From the NCBI GenBank assembly GCA_050246755.1, contig JBFWVL010000002.1, forward strand, positions 256,001 to 320,000: a stretch of DNA of 64,000 bases. The letters run 5' to 3'. The translations under genes and the position numbers were made by a program. The stretch's first letter is position 1, and each line of letters starts with the position of its first letter. Source of the stretch: Bacteriovoracia bacterium. GTDB lineage: Bacteria; Bdellovibrionota; UBA1018; CAIPTA01. The notes under the pieces are model-generated. The model was given only the letters and a program-made list of their open reading frames with translations, was not told where the DNA came from and did not search any database. This document shows positions 19,403 through 29,291 of this stretch, in pieces.

Positions 19403-19630
19403 ATGGGAAATAAATTATTTAGTGAAGTGACGGAGCTCACGGGCCTGCCCGAGGAGCTGATTGGCGCAGAGCTAAAATCTCTGCTCGCGAACAAGGGCGT
19501 GGCGCCCGAGCAAATGACGATGGAAAGCCTGCGTGAAGCGCTCGCGGACTATCTCAACCAGGTGGTTACGGAAATGGGAGCGCTCGATGAAGACATGCTC
19601 GAGCTCAGCCCTGGTGTAAAAACCAATTAA
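19403..19630 (+). CDS. Small acidic helical hypothetical protein (75 aa)
   Basis: Own promoter (TTGCAA-N16-TACGCT), SD and downstream terminator; TGLP..LI..EL..LL...G...MT...LREAL.DYL. Confidence 0.75.
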   Translation: MGNKLFSEVTELTGLPEELIGAELKSLLANKGVAPEQMTMESLREALADYLNQVVTEMGALDEDMLELSPGVKTN

Positions 19631-19638
19631 TTCTTTTG

Positions 19639-19669
19639 ACCGCTCCAAAAGTGGGCGGTTTTTTCTTTT
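19639..19669 (+). terminator. Intrinsic terminator
   Basis: ACCGCTC..GGGCGGT stem followed by TTTTTCTTTT. Confidence 0.7.
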
Positions 19670-20123
19670 ATAGCGCCCGCGAAATCTCGAAAATATTTCC
19701 CTCGAGGCAACGGAATCCGGCCTTCTCCAGCACGCGAATCGAGGCGAGATTTTCCGCGTCGGCTACCGCGCGCAGAGCGGGAAAGCGCGCCAGCCCATGC
19801 TTCACCAACAACGCAGATCCTTCCGTCGCGTATCCCTTGCCCCAAGCCCTTTGCGGTAGCATAAATCCCAGTTCCGGAACCGCGAACTCCGTCATCTTCA
19901 GCATGAACCAGCCCACGAGCACGCCAGAAGATTCCGCTCCCCAAACGCCGAGATCGTCGTCGGTAGCGGCCAATAATTTCTCGAGTCGCTCTTCCGTTTT
20001 AGCCCGCAACTGCGGCACGCGGAAACCCGTAAACTTCATCACTTCGGAATCGGTTTCAAGTTCAAGCAAGAAGGGCAGATCGGCCCGCGCAAACCGGCGC
20101 AGGACCAAGCGCGAACTCTTCAC
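19668..20123 (-). CDS. RimL-type GNAT N-acetyltransferase
   Basis: SRLVLRRF, ELGF...WGKGYATE, NLASIRVLEKAGF. Confidence 0.88.
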   Translation of the reverse strand: MKSSRLVLRRFARADLPFLLELETDSEVMKFTGFRVPQLRAKTEERLEKLLAATDDDLGVWGAESSGVLVGWFMLKMTEFAVPELGFMLPQRAWGKGYATEGSALLVKHGLARFPALRAVADAENLASIRVLEKAGFRCLEGNIFEISRAL

Positions 20124-21142
20124 GGGGAGAGTTCTCCGGCCTCGGAAATGGCCAGCGCGGCCTCCGGTTCAGGGGTGCCCAGCATCGCCTCCGGCCAGTA
20201 TCCCTCGAACCACTCGCGCAGCGCCTTCGCCTCTTCGAAATGAAACACCGTCGCGCGCGCCTTCGCGCCCCCCTTGGTGCCCGCGATATACCAGCCGAGG
20301 TGCTTCTTCATCTGCACGAAGCCGAAACGTTCCGGCATATGCTGCGCGATCAAATCCAGGTGGCGCAGGATCACGCGAAATTTGTAGGCATGCTGCGCCT
20401 CGGGCGAAAGAAACTCGAACTCCGAATCGAAAACCCAAGGCTTACCCAAAGCCCCGCGGCCGATCATCACGGTCTTGCAGCCGGTCTCGGCCATCATGCG
20501 GCGGGCGTCGTCCCAGGTGCGTACGTCGCCGTTGCCCGTCACCGGAATTTTCACCGCGTCCACCACGAGCTTGATGATTTCCCAAGGGGCTTTGCCCGTA
20601 TATTGCTGCGAGCGGGTGCGCGGGTGAACCGCGATCGAATCCACGCCCTCGAGCTCCGCGATGCGGGCGATCGAAGGCGCATTAATCGTATGATCGTCCC
20701 AGCCGCCGCGGATTTTGATCGTGAAGGGGATAGAAATCGCCTTGCGGATTTCCCGAAAAACTTGCGCCGCCACGAGCTCGTCCCGCATCAGTGCGGAGCC
20801 TGCACCGGTCTTGGTAATTTTCGGAACTGGGCAGCCCATATTTAAATCAATGATGTCTGCGCCGCGATCCGCGAGGATCTTCGCGGCCTCGGCCAATACG
20901 CTCGCCTCTCCGCCGAATATCTGCATCGCGATCGGCGTTTCCTCGGGGAGATAGGCCGCCATGTCGAAGGTTCGTTCGTTGCCGTGCACGAGGGCTTTCG
21001 CGGAAATTTCTTCCGAGGTAGTGAGCGAAGACCCCAATTCTTTGCAGATGAGGCGGAAGGGCGTATTAGAAACGCCCGCCATCGGCGCTAGCCTACAGGG
21101 ACCGTGTAAGCTAACCGGACCTATTTGCATGTAATTCCGCAT
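20120..21142 (-). CDS. dusB: tRNA-dihydrouridine synthase B
   Basis: LAPMAGVS, DLNMGCPVPK, KIRGGWD, VHPRTR, GNGDV, MIGRGALGKPW. Confidence 0.92.
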   Translation of the reverse strand: MRNYMQIGPVSLHGPCRLAPMAGVSNTPFRLICKELGSSLTTSEEISAKALVHGNERTFDMAAYLPEETPIAMQIFGGEASVLAEAAKILADRGADIIDLNMGCPVPKITKTGAGSALMRDELVAAQVFREIRKAISIPFTIKIRGGWDDHTINAPSIARIAELEGVDSIAVHPRTRSQQYTGKAPWEIIKLVVDAVKIPVTGNGDVRTWDDARRMMAETGCKTVMIGRGALGKPWVFDSEFEFLSPEAQHAYKFRVILRHLDLIAQHMPERFGFVQMKKHLGWYIAGTKGGAKARATVFHFEEAKALREWFEGYWPEAMLGTPEPEAALAISEAGELSP

Positions 21143-21273
21143 AGTGCGGTAAACTAGCCCGGCTTTTTGCTTGGTGTCAATTTCGAAGGTTAGGGTAGAA
21201 TGAAAAATGGCTTAACCGCCTGGTTGACCGTTCCGATAGGAATAATGAGTTAGTGAACTAAGGAGAGAGCACC

Positions 21274-21905
21274 GTGAGCGACGAAAGAACCTATCCTTCC
21301 CTGCACATCCCAAACCCTATCGTAATTGAGCAGACGCCTAGGGGAGAACGTCAGTACGACATTTATTCCCGCCTCATGCTCGACCGGATCATTTTCCTCG
21401 GCACCGAGGTAAACGATACCGTATCGAACCTCCTGATCGCCCAGATGCTCTTCCTGGAAAGTAACGACTCCGAGCGCGACATTCATTTTTATATCAATAG
21501 CCCGGGCGGATCCGTATCCGCCGGTCTCGCGATCTACGACGTAATGAAGTACGTAAAATGCGATATCAATACCTACTGTATCGGGATGGCCGCTTCGATG
21601 GGAGCCTTCCTGCTCTCCGCGGGCACCAAGGGCAAGCGCTATTCGCTACCTAATTCCCGCATCATGATCCACCAACCGCTAGGCGGCGCTCGCGGGCAAG
21701 CTTCCGATATCGAGATCCAGGCTAAAGAGATTCTTTTCCTCAAGAGACGCCTCAACGAGATGCTCGCCGAGCATACCGGCCAGCCGATTTCGAAGATCGA
21801 ACAAGACACCGACCGCGACAATTACATGAGCGGCGACGAAGCGGCCAAATACGGCCTCGTGGATAAAGTTCTCAAACGTCACGACGTGAACTCGAAGGAG
21901 AAGCT

Positions 21906-21909
<4 letters not shown>
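21274..21909 (+). CDS. clpP: ATP-dependent Clp protease proteolytic subunit
   Basis: [38 protein letters not shown]; SD AAGGAG. Confidence 0.98.
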
Positions 21910-23219
<1,310 letters not shown>

Positions 23220-23230
23220 GTTTCAAATTG

Positions 23231-23263
23231 GCCGGAACCCTAGTAGGGGTTCCGGCTTTTTTT
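23231..23263 (+). terminator. Intrinsic terminator after clpX
   Basis: GCCGGAACCC-loop-GGGTTCCGGC followed by T7. Confidence 0.9.
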
Positions 23264-23286
23264 ATGCCTGAATAGAAGGGGATTTT

Positions 23287-23754
23287 ATGCTGTTTGTTTC
23301 TCTCTTGATCGCCACCGTGAGTTTCGCCGCCGCGCCGAAATTCGAAGGTATTTATTCCCAGGCGATGCAGTACCGCATGGGTATGAGCGATTCCGACTGC
23401 GCCCAAGCCGGGGGTAAGTTCGAGGAGGGCGGTTGCCGCCTCGTGGGTACCAATACCTTGCAGATCCAGGATACCGGCGACGGGAAGAACTTTAACGTTT
23501 CCTTCGCGATCCAAGGCTCCAGCGGAAACGAATGCAGCGCCGAGCTGCTCATGAAAGCCAAAGGAAATAAGTTAATCCCCAGCGCTAAGCTAAAGGGCGC
23601 TTCCGCCGGGCATAAGCTCACGCTGGTGCTCAAAGGCGACGAGCTCGAGGTGCAGGAAAAGCTTGGCGCCGCGGAGCTTGAGGAGAATCATTCTCCCGGA
23701 TGCGGAGTAGATTCTTTCCTCAGCGGCAACGGCCATAAGTTCGAGCGCAATTAG
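23287..23754 (+). CDS. Secreted hypothetical protein (4 Cys, beta-rich)
   Basis: Signal peptide ending SFA; SD AAGGGG. Confidence 0.7.
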   Translation: MLFVSLLIATVSFAAAPKFEGIYSQAMQYRMGMSDSDCAQAGGKFEEGGCRLVGTNTLQIQDTGDGKNFNVSFAIQGSSGNECSAELLMKAKGNKLIPSAKLKGASAGHKLTLVLKGDELEVQEKLGAAELEENHSPGCGVDSFLSGNGHKFERN

Positions 23755-23822
23755 TACCGTCTTGACAGGGGAGGCCCTTCCGCACTAAGTTCGGTTAAAC
23801 CGTACTTTAGGGAGTAAGCCAC

Positions 23823-24068
23823 ATGGCCCGCGTTACCGTAGAAGATTGCCTTCGCTTTGTTCGTAACCGCTACGAGCTCGTTCACCTGTGCACCAAGCGC
23901 ACCCGCCAGCTTTTCCGCGGCGCGGATCGCCTTGTGCAGTGCAAAAATAACGAAGTAGTGACTGCCCTCCGCGAAATCGCCGCTGGCAAAGTACGCTTCC
24001 AAATCTTCGAAGCCCGCACCGCGGCCGCTGCCGAAGAAGCCAATCCCACTTCTACCCTGACCCAGTGA
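23823..24068 (+). CDS. rpoZ: RNA polymerase omega subunit
   Basis: MARVTVEDCL...NRYELV...KRTRQL...VTALREIAAG. Confidence 0.96.
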   Translation: MARVTVEDCLRFVRNRYELVHLCTKRTRQLFRGADRLVQCKNNEVVTALREIAAGKVRFQIFEARTAAAAEEANPTSTLTQ

Positions 24069-25072
24069 AATTCCTTGGTCTCCTGATCTTAGGCTTCTCT
24101 CTTACGGCAATGGCCGCAGAGAAGCCTAAAGCTCCCGCTACGCCTTCCACGCCTGCCATTCCTTACCTCGGCCCCGGCGCCGATAAAATGTCGGCCGAAG
24201 AGTACGAGCGCGTTTATAAGAACTATATTCAAACGAGCATTCTGCTCGGATATCCCCTGATCCGCGACCAACGGGCCCCCTGCGACCAAGCTCTCAACGC
24301 CATCTTCCGTCAAATGGGAATGTTCTCCTATCCCGTGCCGGGCGACGCCCAGCAATTAGTGAAGCACACGAAAACCGTAAAAGGCTTTAAGGTAGAGACC
24401 TATGAAATGGGCGGCAGCCTCATCCAAGTTCTACGCGACGGAAAAAAAGAAGGGCTCCTAAAGCTCATCCTCGTGAACTCCGCTTCATCCCGCGCTTCCC
24501 GCAAGCTTTCCCAGATCGCCCGCAACGATATCATCGATCTTGAGCGCGATCCCAAAACCGGCCTCGAGCGCGTGAAGGGCGTACCGGTAGGTTTCCCGCA
24601 TCCCTTTCTTTCGAAAGAAGCCCAGGGGCTTTTTGTGAAAACCCTGCGCTTCAACGGCAAGGTGGATGGCTGCGAGCCCGTTGAGTTCCTCGACAACGCC
24701 TGGGTAGGGGGCTTCGAGCTCAGTGAAGCGCGCTGCGTGGAGCTCCAGGACGATGCCAGGAAAGTATGGGACGCGCGCATGAGCACCGAGGATTTCTATA
24801 AGCGTGAACTTACGCGCATGCGCGACAAAGGCGTGAAGGAAGCCATGAAGGGCGGCCTCAAGGAAGACGAAGCCCGTGAGCTGGTAAACAAACACTATAC
24901 GTTGCCGATCACGAGTGAGATCAGCGTGGTGGGTTCGGCCATGCAGAACCTGGCCCAGTGCAATCTCGTGGCGCTGGGGCACGCGGGAGCTAAGCCCAAA
25001 GAAGGCGCACCGGCCGGTTCCGGTGATGGCAATAAAGACGGCGCGGCCAAGGGTTCGGGGTCGGCGGAGTAG
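24065..25072 (+). CDS. Secreted hypothetical protein, coupled to rpoZ
   Basis: GTGA overlap with the rpoZ stop; signal peptide ending AMA. Confidence 0.75.
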   Translation: MKFLGLLILGFSLTAMAAEKPKAPATPSTPAIPYLGPGADKMSAEEYERVYKNYIQTSILLGYPLIRDQRAPCDQALNAIFRQMGMFSYPVPGDAQQLVKHTKTVKGFKVETYEMGGSLIQVLRDGKKEGLLKLILVNSASSRASRKLSQIARNDIIDLERDPKTGLERVKGVPVGFPHPFLSKEAQGLFVKTLRFNGKVDGCEPVEFLDNAWVGGFELSEARCVELQDDARKVWDARMSTEDFYKRELTRMRDKGVKEAMKGGLKEDEARELVNKHYTLPITSEISVVGSAMQNLAQCNLVALGHAGAKPKEGAPAGSGDGNKDGAAKGSGSAE

Positions 25073-25140
25073 CTTTTCCGCCTGTGCGCCCATTAATACT
25101 GGATTTTTACGCAGCGCTTAGCCGGCGCCGGAGTCGTCCC

Positions 25141-28068
25141 CTAAAGATCCCGTAAAAACTGCAAGATCTCATCCTGAGTAAGATCCGCCGTGCCGCCGGC
25201 GCCCGAGATCACGCCCTCCGATAAAGCGCGTTTTCTCTTCTGCATCTGCAGGATCTTGTCTTCCACCGTATCCCGCGCCACTAAGCGATGAATGAATACG
25301 GGATTCTCTTGCCCGATGCGGTGAGCGCGGTCGGCGGCTTGGTCTTCGGCCGCGGGATTCCACCAGGGGTCCAAGATATAAATATGATCGGCCGCCGTGA
25401 GGGTGATTCCCACGCCACCGGCTTTCAAAGAGAGCAGCATCACGGGCGGGCCGTCTTCCTTTTGGTAGGCGCTTACCACCTGATCGCGGTTCCGGGTGGA
25501 GCCATCGAGGCGGGAGAAGCGGATATTTTTCTCGTTCAGGCGCGTTTCCGTTAAATCCAGCAGGGAGGTCCACTGCGAGAACACGAGCGCGCGGTGTCCG
25601 AGATCGAGCGATTCTTCCAGGGATTCCATCAATAAGTTCAGCTTCGCAGATCCATAAGCAGCATCCAGGCCGGAACCGGGAACCAGGGAAGGGTGGCAGC
25701 AAGCCTGGCGCAAACGGAGCAGCATTTCCAAAGCCGCGAACACGGAGCCGCCGGCCCCCACTTTTTCTAAAACGTCTTTGCGGGAAGAGGCGAGCACGGC
25801 GCGGTAGAGGGTCTGCTCTTCTTCCGAAAGGTCGCAGTGGAGCACCACTTCGGTGCGGGCCGGGAGCTCGGGCGCCACTTCGGTTTTCTTCCGGCGCAGC
25901 AAAAACGGGCGGATGCGGTGGCGCAGTTTTTCCAGCTTGCGCGGATTCCCCGAGCGCATGGCGTCGCCGAAACGTTCCAAGAACTCGGAGCGTTTCCAAA
26001 GCAATCCCGGATTCAAAAATTGGAACTGGCTCCAGAGATCGTCGAGGCGATTTTCGATCGGGGTGCCGGAAAGCGCGATGCGGAAACCGCCGCGGAGCCG
26101 GTGGGCGGCCTTCGCGATCTGGCTATCGGGGTTTTTGATCACCTGCGTTTCGTCGAGGATCACGGTATCCCATTCGGTGGCGGCGAGCTTTTCCTGATCG
26201 ATACGCAGGATGCCGTAGCTGGTGAGGGTGATCCCGTCCCCCAAAGTGCGGTTGGCGCCGTGGTAGAGATTCACATTGAGCTTGGAGCGGAATTGCTGGA
26301 TCTGGTCCACCCAGGATTGCAAAACGGAAGTAGGGCACACGATGAGGGTGCGGCCCTCGATGCAGCAAATGCTCTGCAGGGTTTTACCTAAGCCCATATC
26401 GTCGGCGAGCATGGCGCCTAGGCCCGCGTTTTTCAAAAAATACAGCCAGTCCACGCCCTTGCGCTGGTACACGCGGAGATCCGCGCGCAAATCGGAGGGC
26501 ATGGTGGCCTTGGGGATGCCTTCGGTGCCCATCAGGCGGGAGCAGAGGGCCTGGATGCGTTCCGGAACGTCGATGCCTTCGTCTTCGCAGAGCATTGCGA
26601 GGTCGGGGATAAAATGTTTGGGTAATTTATTCTGGCCGGGCACGCGGGCGGAAAGAATGGCTTCCACGCGGTCGGAATATTTCAGCAGCCAGTCGTGGGG
26701 CAGGGCCGCCCAGCCACCGCCTTCAAGGGGAACGAAGCTCTGGTTCTCACGCCAGGCGGCCAAAACTTTTTCCGGATTCACCACGCCGGCGGAATCGGGC
26801 AGCTGGAAATCGAGGTTGATGCTTTCTTCTTCCCAGGAAACGGAAGGAGCTAGTTCTCCCTGAACGGTGAAGGCGGAGAGGCCGTTGCCGCTGCATTCCC
26901 AGTCTTTCAATTTCGAAACGAGGAGCAGGGCGCTTTGGTCTTCGAACACGCTCTGCCGGCCCACTTGGAGCTGGAGTTCCTGGTGGAGTTTTTTGCGCAA
27001 AGCTTCTTCGGCCTCCAAGTCTCGCTCGGGTAGGTGGTCTTCGTGGAGCGGCATGAGCTTGGCGCCGATCACTTCGGCGATGGGGGGCTTTCCGTACACG
27101 AGCGAAGGGTACACGGAGAGCTTGCGCGCGTTTTCTGCTTGGCAATGCAGGATGATCCGCGCCTCGTGCTTGGAAAGCTTCGGCAAGCGTTTGGTTTCGA
27201 TGTGAATCACGAGCTTGGCTTCGAAGGGCGGCAGTACCTCGGAAGCAAATTTGTGGAGCTCGTCGGGCGAGTAGGTGCGGAAAGCTTCGCGTTCTTTGCT
27301 GGTAAGAGCGGGCTCGCGCACGGCCTTCAATTTATTCCCGCAGAGGGCGGCGCCGTTCTTGAATAATTGCGACACGGAGGAATCCGCGTGCCACTCAAGC
27401 CGCACTCCCTTGCCATCGTCCACCACGCGGGCCTGGGGGCTCACGGTTTGGGCGGAAATCTCCACCGGCTCATCGCCGTAGAGTACGCGGCCGCAGCGCT
27501 GGAGGGCCGCCATGAGGCGGGTGAGGGTATAGCGATCTAGGGGGTTTTGGTAAGAACCGCCGAGCACGTGGTCCACGGCAAAATCTTCTTTTCCCGCCAC
27601 CGGCGTGGTGCCGGAAAGCCGCCCGCTCTGGAGGCCGCCGATTATTGAAACTAAACTCTGGTTATGGAGCCGCTCGGATTTTTTTCCCTTTACGAGATAG
27701 CGATCGAAGTAGAGGTAGCCGGCTTGCGCAAAAAATCGGTATTCGAGCTGGGCCGTACCGCCGCCCTTGAGCGCCTGCACTTCGGGCTTGGTGGTTTTAT
27801 CGTCGCGGTAGGCGAGGAAGGCAGCCACGATATGATTGCAGGGATCGTTGCGGTCTCCGCAGTCGCAGTGCCAATCTTCTTCTTCTGGCCACAGCGTGAT
27901 TTTCGGCGATACGGGCGGCTTATGGTAGCGAAGCAAAATTTCCGTGGGAGTTTCGCTCTCGAGATAAAACGTTCCGTCTTTGGCCAAAGAAACACCCTTC
28001 GACCAGACGCCCGGTAAGGCGGCTTCTTGCAGCGAAAGTTGGAGAGGCGAGAGGTTTGGTTTTGGCAT
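25141..28068 (-). CDS. SWIM-zinc-finger SNF2-family helicase-like ATPase
   Basis: CDC..PCNH SWIM motif; LADDMGLGKT, DETQ, SGTPIEN, LRQACCHP, FSQW, WWNPA.EDQAADRAHRIGQ. Confidence 0.92.
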   Translation of the reverse strand: MPKPNLSPLQLSLQEAALPGVWSKGVSLAKDGTFYLESETPTEILLRYHKPPVSPKITLWPEEEDWHCDCGDRNDPCNHIVAAFLAYRDDKTTKPEVQALKGGGTAQLEYRFFAQAGYLYFDRYLVKGKKSERLHNQSLVSIIGGLQSGRLSGTTPVAGKEDFAVDHVLGGSYQNPLDRYTLTRLMAALQRCGRVLYGDEPVEISAQTVSPQARVVDDGKGVRLEWHADSSVSQLFKNGAALCGNKLKAVREPALTSKEREAFRTYSPDELHKFASEVLPPFEAKLVIHIETKRLPKLSKHEARIILHCQAENARKLSVYPSLVYGKPPIAEVIGAKLMPLHEDHLPERDLEAEEALRKKLHQELQLQVGRQSVFEDQSALLLVSKLKDWECSGNGLSAFTVQGELAPSVSWEEESINLDFQLPDSAGVVNPEKVLAAWRENQSFVPLEGGGWAALPHDWLLKYSDRVEAILSARVPGQNKLPKHFIPDLAMLCEDEGIDVPERIQALCSRLMGTEGIPKATMPSDLRADLRVYQRKGVDWLYFLKNAGLGAMLADDMGLGKTLQSICCIEGRTLIVCPTSVLQSWVDQIQQFRSKLNVNLYHGANRTLGDGITLTSYGILRIDQEKLAATEWDTVILDETQVIKNPDSQIAKAAHRLRGGFRIALSGTPIENRLDDLWSQFQFLNPGLLWKRSEFLERFGDAMRSGNPRKLEKLRHRIRPFLLRRKKTEVAPELPARTEVVLHCDLSEEEQTLYRAVLASSRKDVLEKVGAGGSVFAALEMLLRLRQACCHPSLVPGSGLDAAYGSAKLNLLMESLEESLDLGHRALVFSQWTSLLDLTETRLNEKNIRFSRLDGSTRNRDQVVSAYQKEDGPPVMLLSLKAGGVGITLTAADHIYILDPWWNPAAEDQAADRAHRIGQENPVFIHRLVARDTVEDKILQMQKRKRALSEGVISGAGGTADLTQDEILQFLRDL

Positions 28069-28189
28069 AACGGACAATAGAGCCTACCACGCATTGGCTA
28101 TTCACGGGGGCGGAATCTAGGGGTGGCGAAAAACAGCTAGGAGGTTTCGAAAAACATAGCCCATTGACGCGCTGCTTTTTAGATCGATT

Positions 28190-28630
28190 CTAAGCGGGAA
28201 AAGCCGATTCTCCCTCGTGCACCTTCACTCCGTTCACGTGGATCCGATACCGGATAGGGCAAGCCTTCGCGATCATCGCGCTCACTCCGCAATACTTCGA
28301 CTGCGATAGGTGAACCGCTTCGATGGCCTTGGCGCTTTCAATATTGCCGTCGAGAAAAAAATCCAGCATCACGAACGCGAACACGGCGGGATACCCTTCG
28401 GTGACCGGCGCATCGGCTTCCACGCGGAACATCTTCACGTCTTGCTTGTATTTTTTGAGCAAGCCCACCACGTCCATGCCGGTGCACCCGCAGATCGAAG
28501 CTAGACAGAGCTGCTTGGGGCTGAGCGCGCGCCCGTCGCCGATGGGGGCCTGGGTGTCCATGGTCACGGAGTTATTTCCGTCCGTGGAGACGAACGTCAT
28601 CTTGTTTTGCCAATTCATGGATAGTTTCAT
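28190..28630 (-). CDS. OsmC/YhfA-family protein
   Basis: SPKQL...CGCTGMDVV.LLKK, LSQSKYCGV. Confidence 0.88.
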   Translation of the reverse strand: MKLSMNWQNKMTFVSTDGNNSVTMDTQAPIGDGRALSPKQLCLASICGCTGMDVVGLLKKYKQDVKMFRVEADAPVTEGYPAVFAFVMLDFFLDGNIESAKAIEAVHLSQSKYCGVSAMIAKACPIRYRIHVNGVKVHEGESAFPA

Positions 28631-28691
28631 TCTCCGACCTTACTTTTCTTTCCGCGCTTTTGCCAGCATACTGGGGGATAAGGTGGTTCCG

Positions 28692-29291
28692 ATGAGCGAA
28701 GAAATGGGACAAGTTAGAAATGAAAATACCTGGGCCATGCTTTGCCACCTGGTGGCGCTGCTGGGATTTTTTACCTCCTCCATGCCGCTGGTCGGCCTCG
28801 TGGTTCCGATCGGCGCCATTCTCTTCGTGTGGGTCCTGAAGAAGGATTCCGACGCGGAGGTGAATGAGCATGGGCGCCAGTCCCTAAACTGGCAGGCCAC
28901 CGTGTTCGCGGTGCTCCTGATCACGGTGGTTCCGGTGATGACGTACCAGTATTGGAAGGGACGAAATTTCGCCAATAGCCTCGAGACGATCTCGGTGAAA
29001 ATAAAAGCAGCCAAGACCGATCCTGAGCGCGAGGCCTTGATGGATGAACGAGACAAAATCGGCAGGGTAATGGAAGCCGACATAGCGAAGAGCCCGATGA
29101 GCAATCCGCCCATTCTGGCTTCCGCGGTGGTGGCGTTTCTCGTGGGCGTGAGCAATATCGTGTTCGTGATCTGGAATAGTATCCGGGCGTTTCGCGGGAA
29201 GGCGGCGAACTATCCCTTCACTATTCCGCTATTGGCCACGCGGCATCGCCGCGGGCTGATCCGCGCGGCCGTTAAACCACCACTAAGTTAA
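28692..29291 (+). CDS. DUF4870-family membrane protein with an inserted soluble loop
   Basis: [20 protein letters not shown]...YPFTI motifs. Start set at ATG 28692. Confidence 0.78.
   Translation: MSEEMGQVRNENTWAMLCHLVALLGFFTSSMPLVGLVVPIGAILFVWVLKKDSDAEVNEHGRQSLNWQATVFAVLLITVVPVMTYQYWKGRNFANSLETISVKIKAAKTDPEREALMDERDKIGRVMEADIAKSPMSNPPILASAVVAFLVGVSNIVFVIWNSIRAFRGKAANYPFTIPLLATRHRRGLIRAAVKPPLS

Noticed and set aside
19403-19630. 75-aa protein as a Bdellovibrio-type bacterial histone
   Set aside because: It is acidic and lacks the RKTV/RxTxxxxD histone-fold signature.
25141-28068. SNF2 ATPase as a possible anti-phage defence system
   Set aside because: It is the common stand-alone SWIM-SNF2 type; there are no adjacent nuclease, methylase or other defence genes and no obvious compositional anomaly.
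28323-28691. N-terminal extensions in the ORF track (DUF4870 here; also the acyltransferase, mvk, leuS, slyD, DUF2817 and ABC1 kinase)
   Set aside because: The extensions overlap neighbouring genes or promoters and lack family motifs; downstream starts have matching -10 or SD signals.
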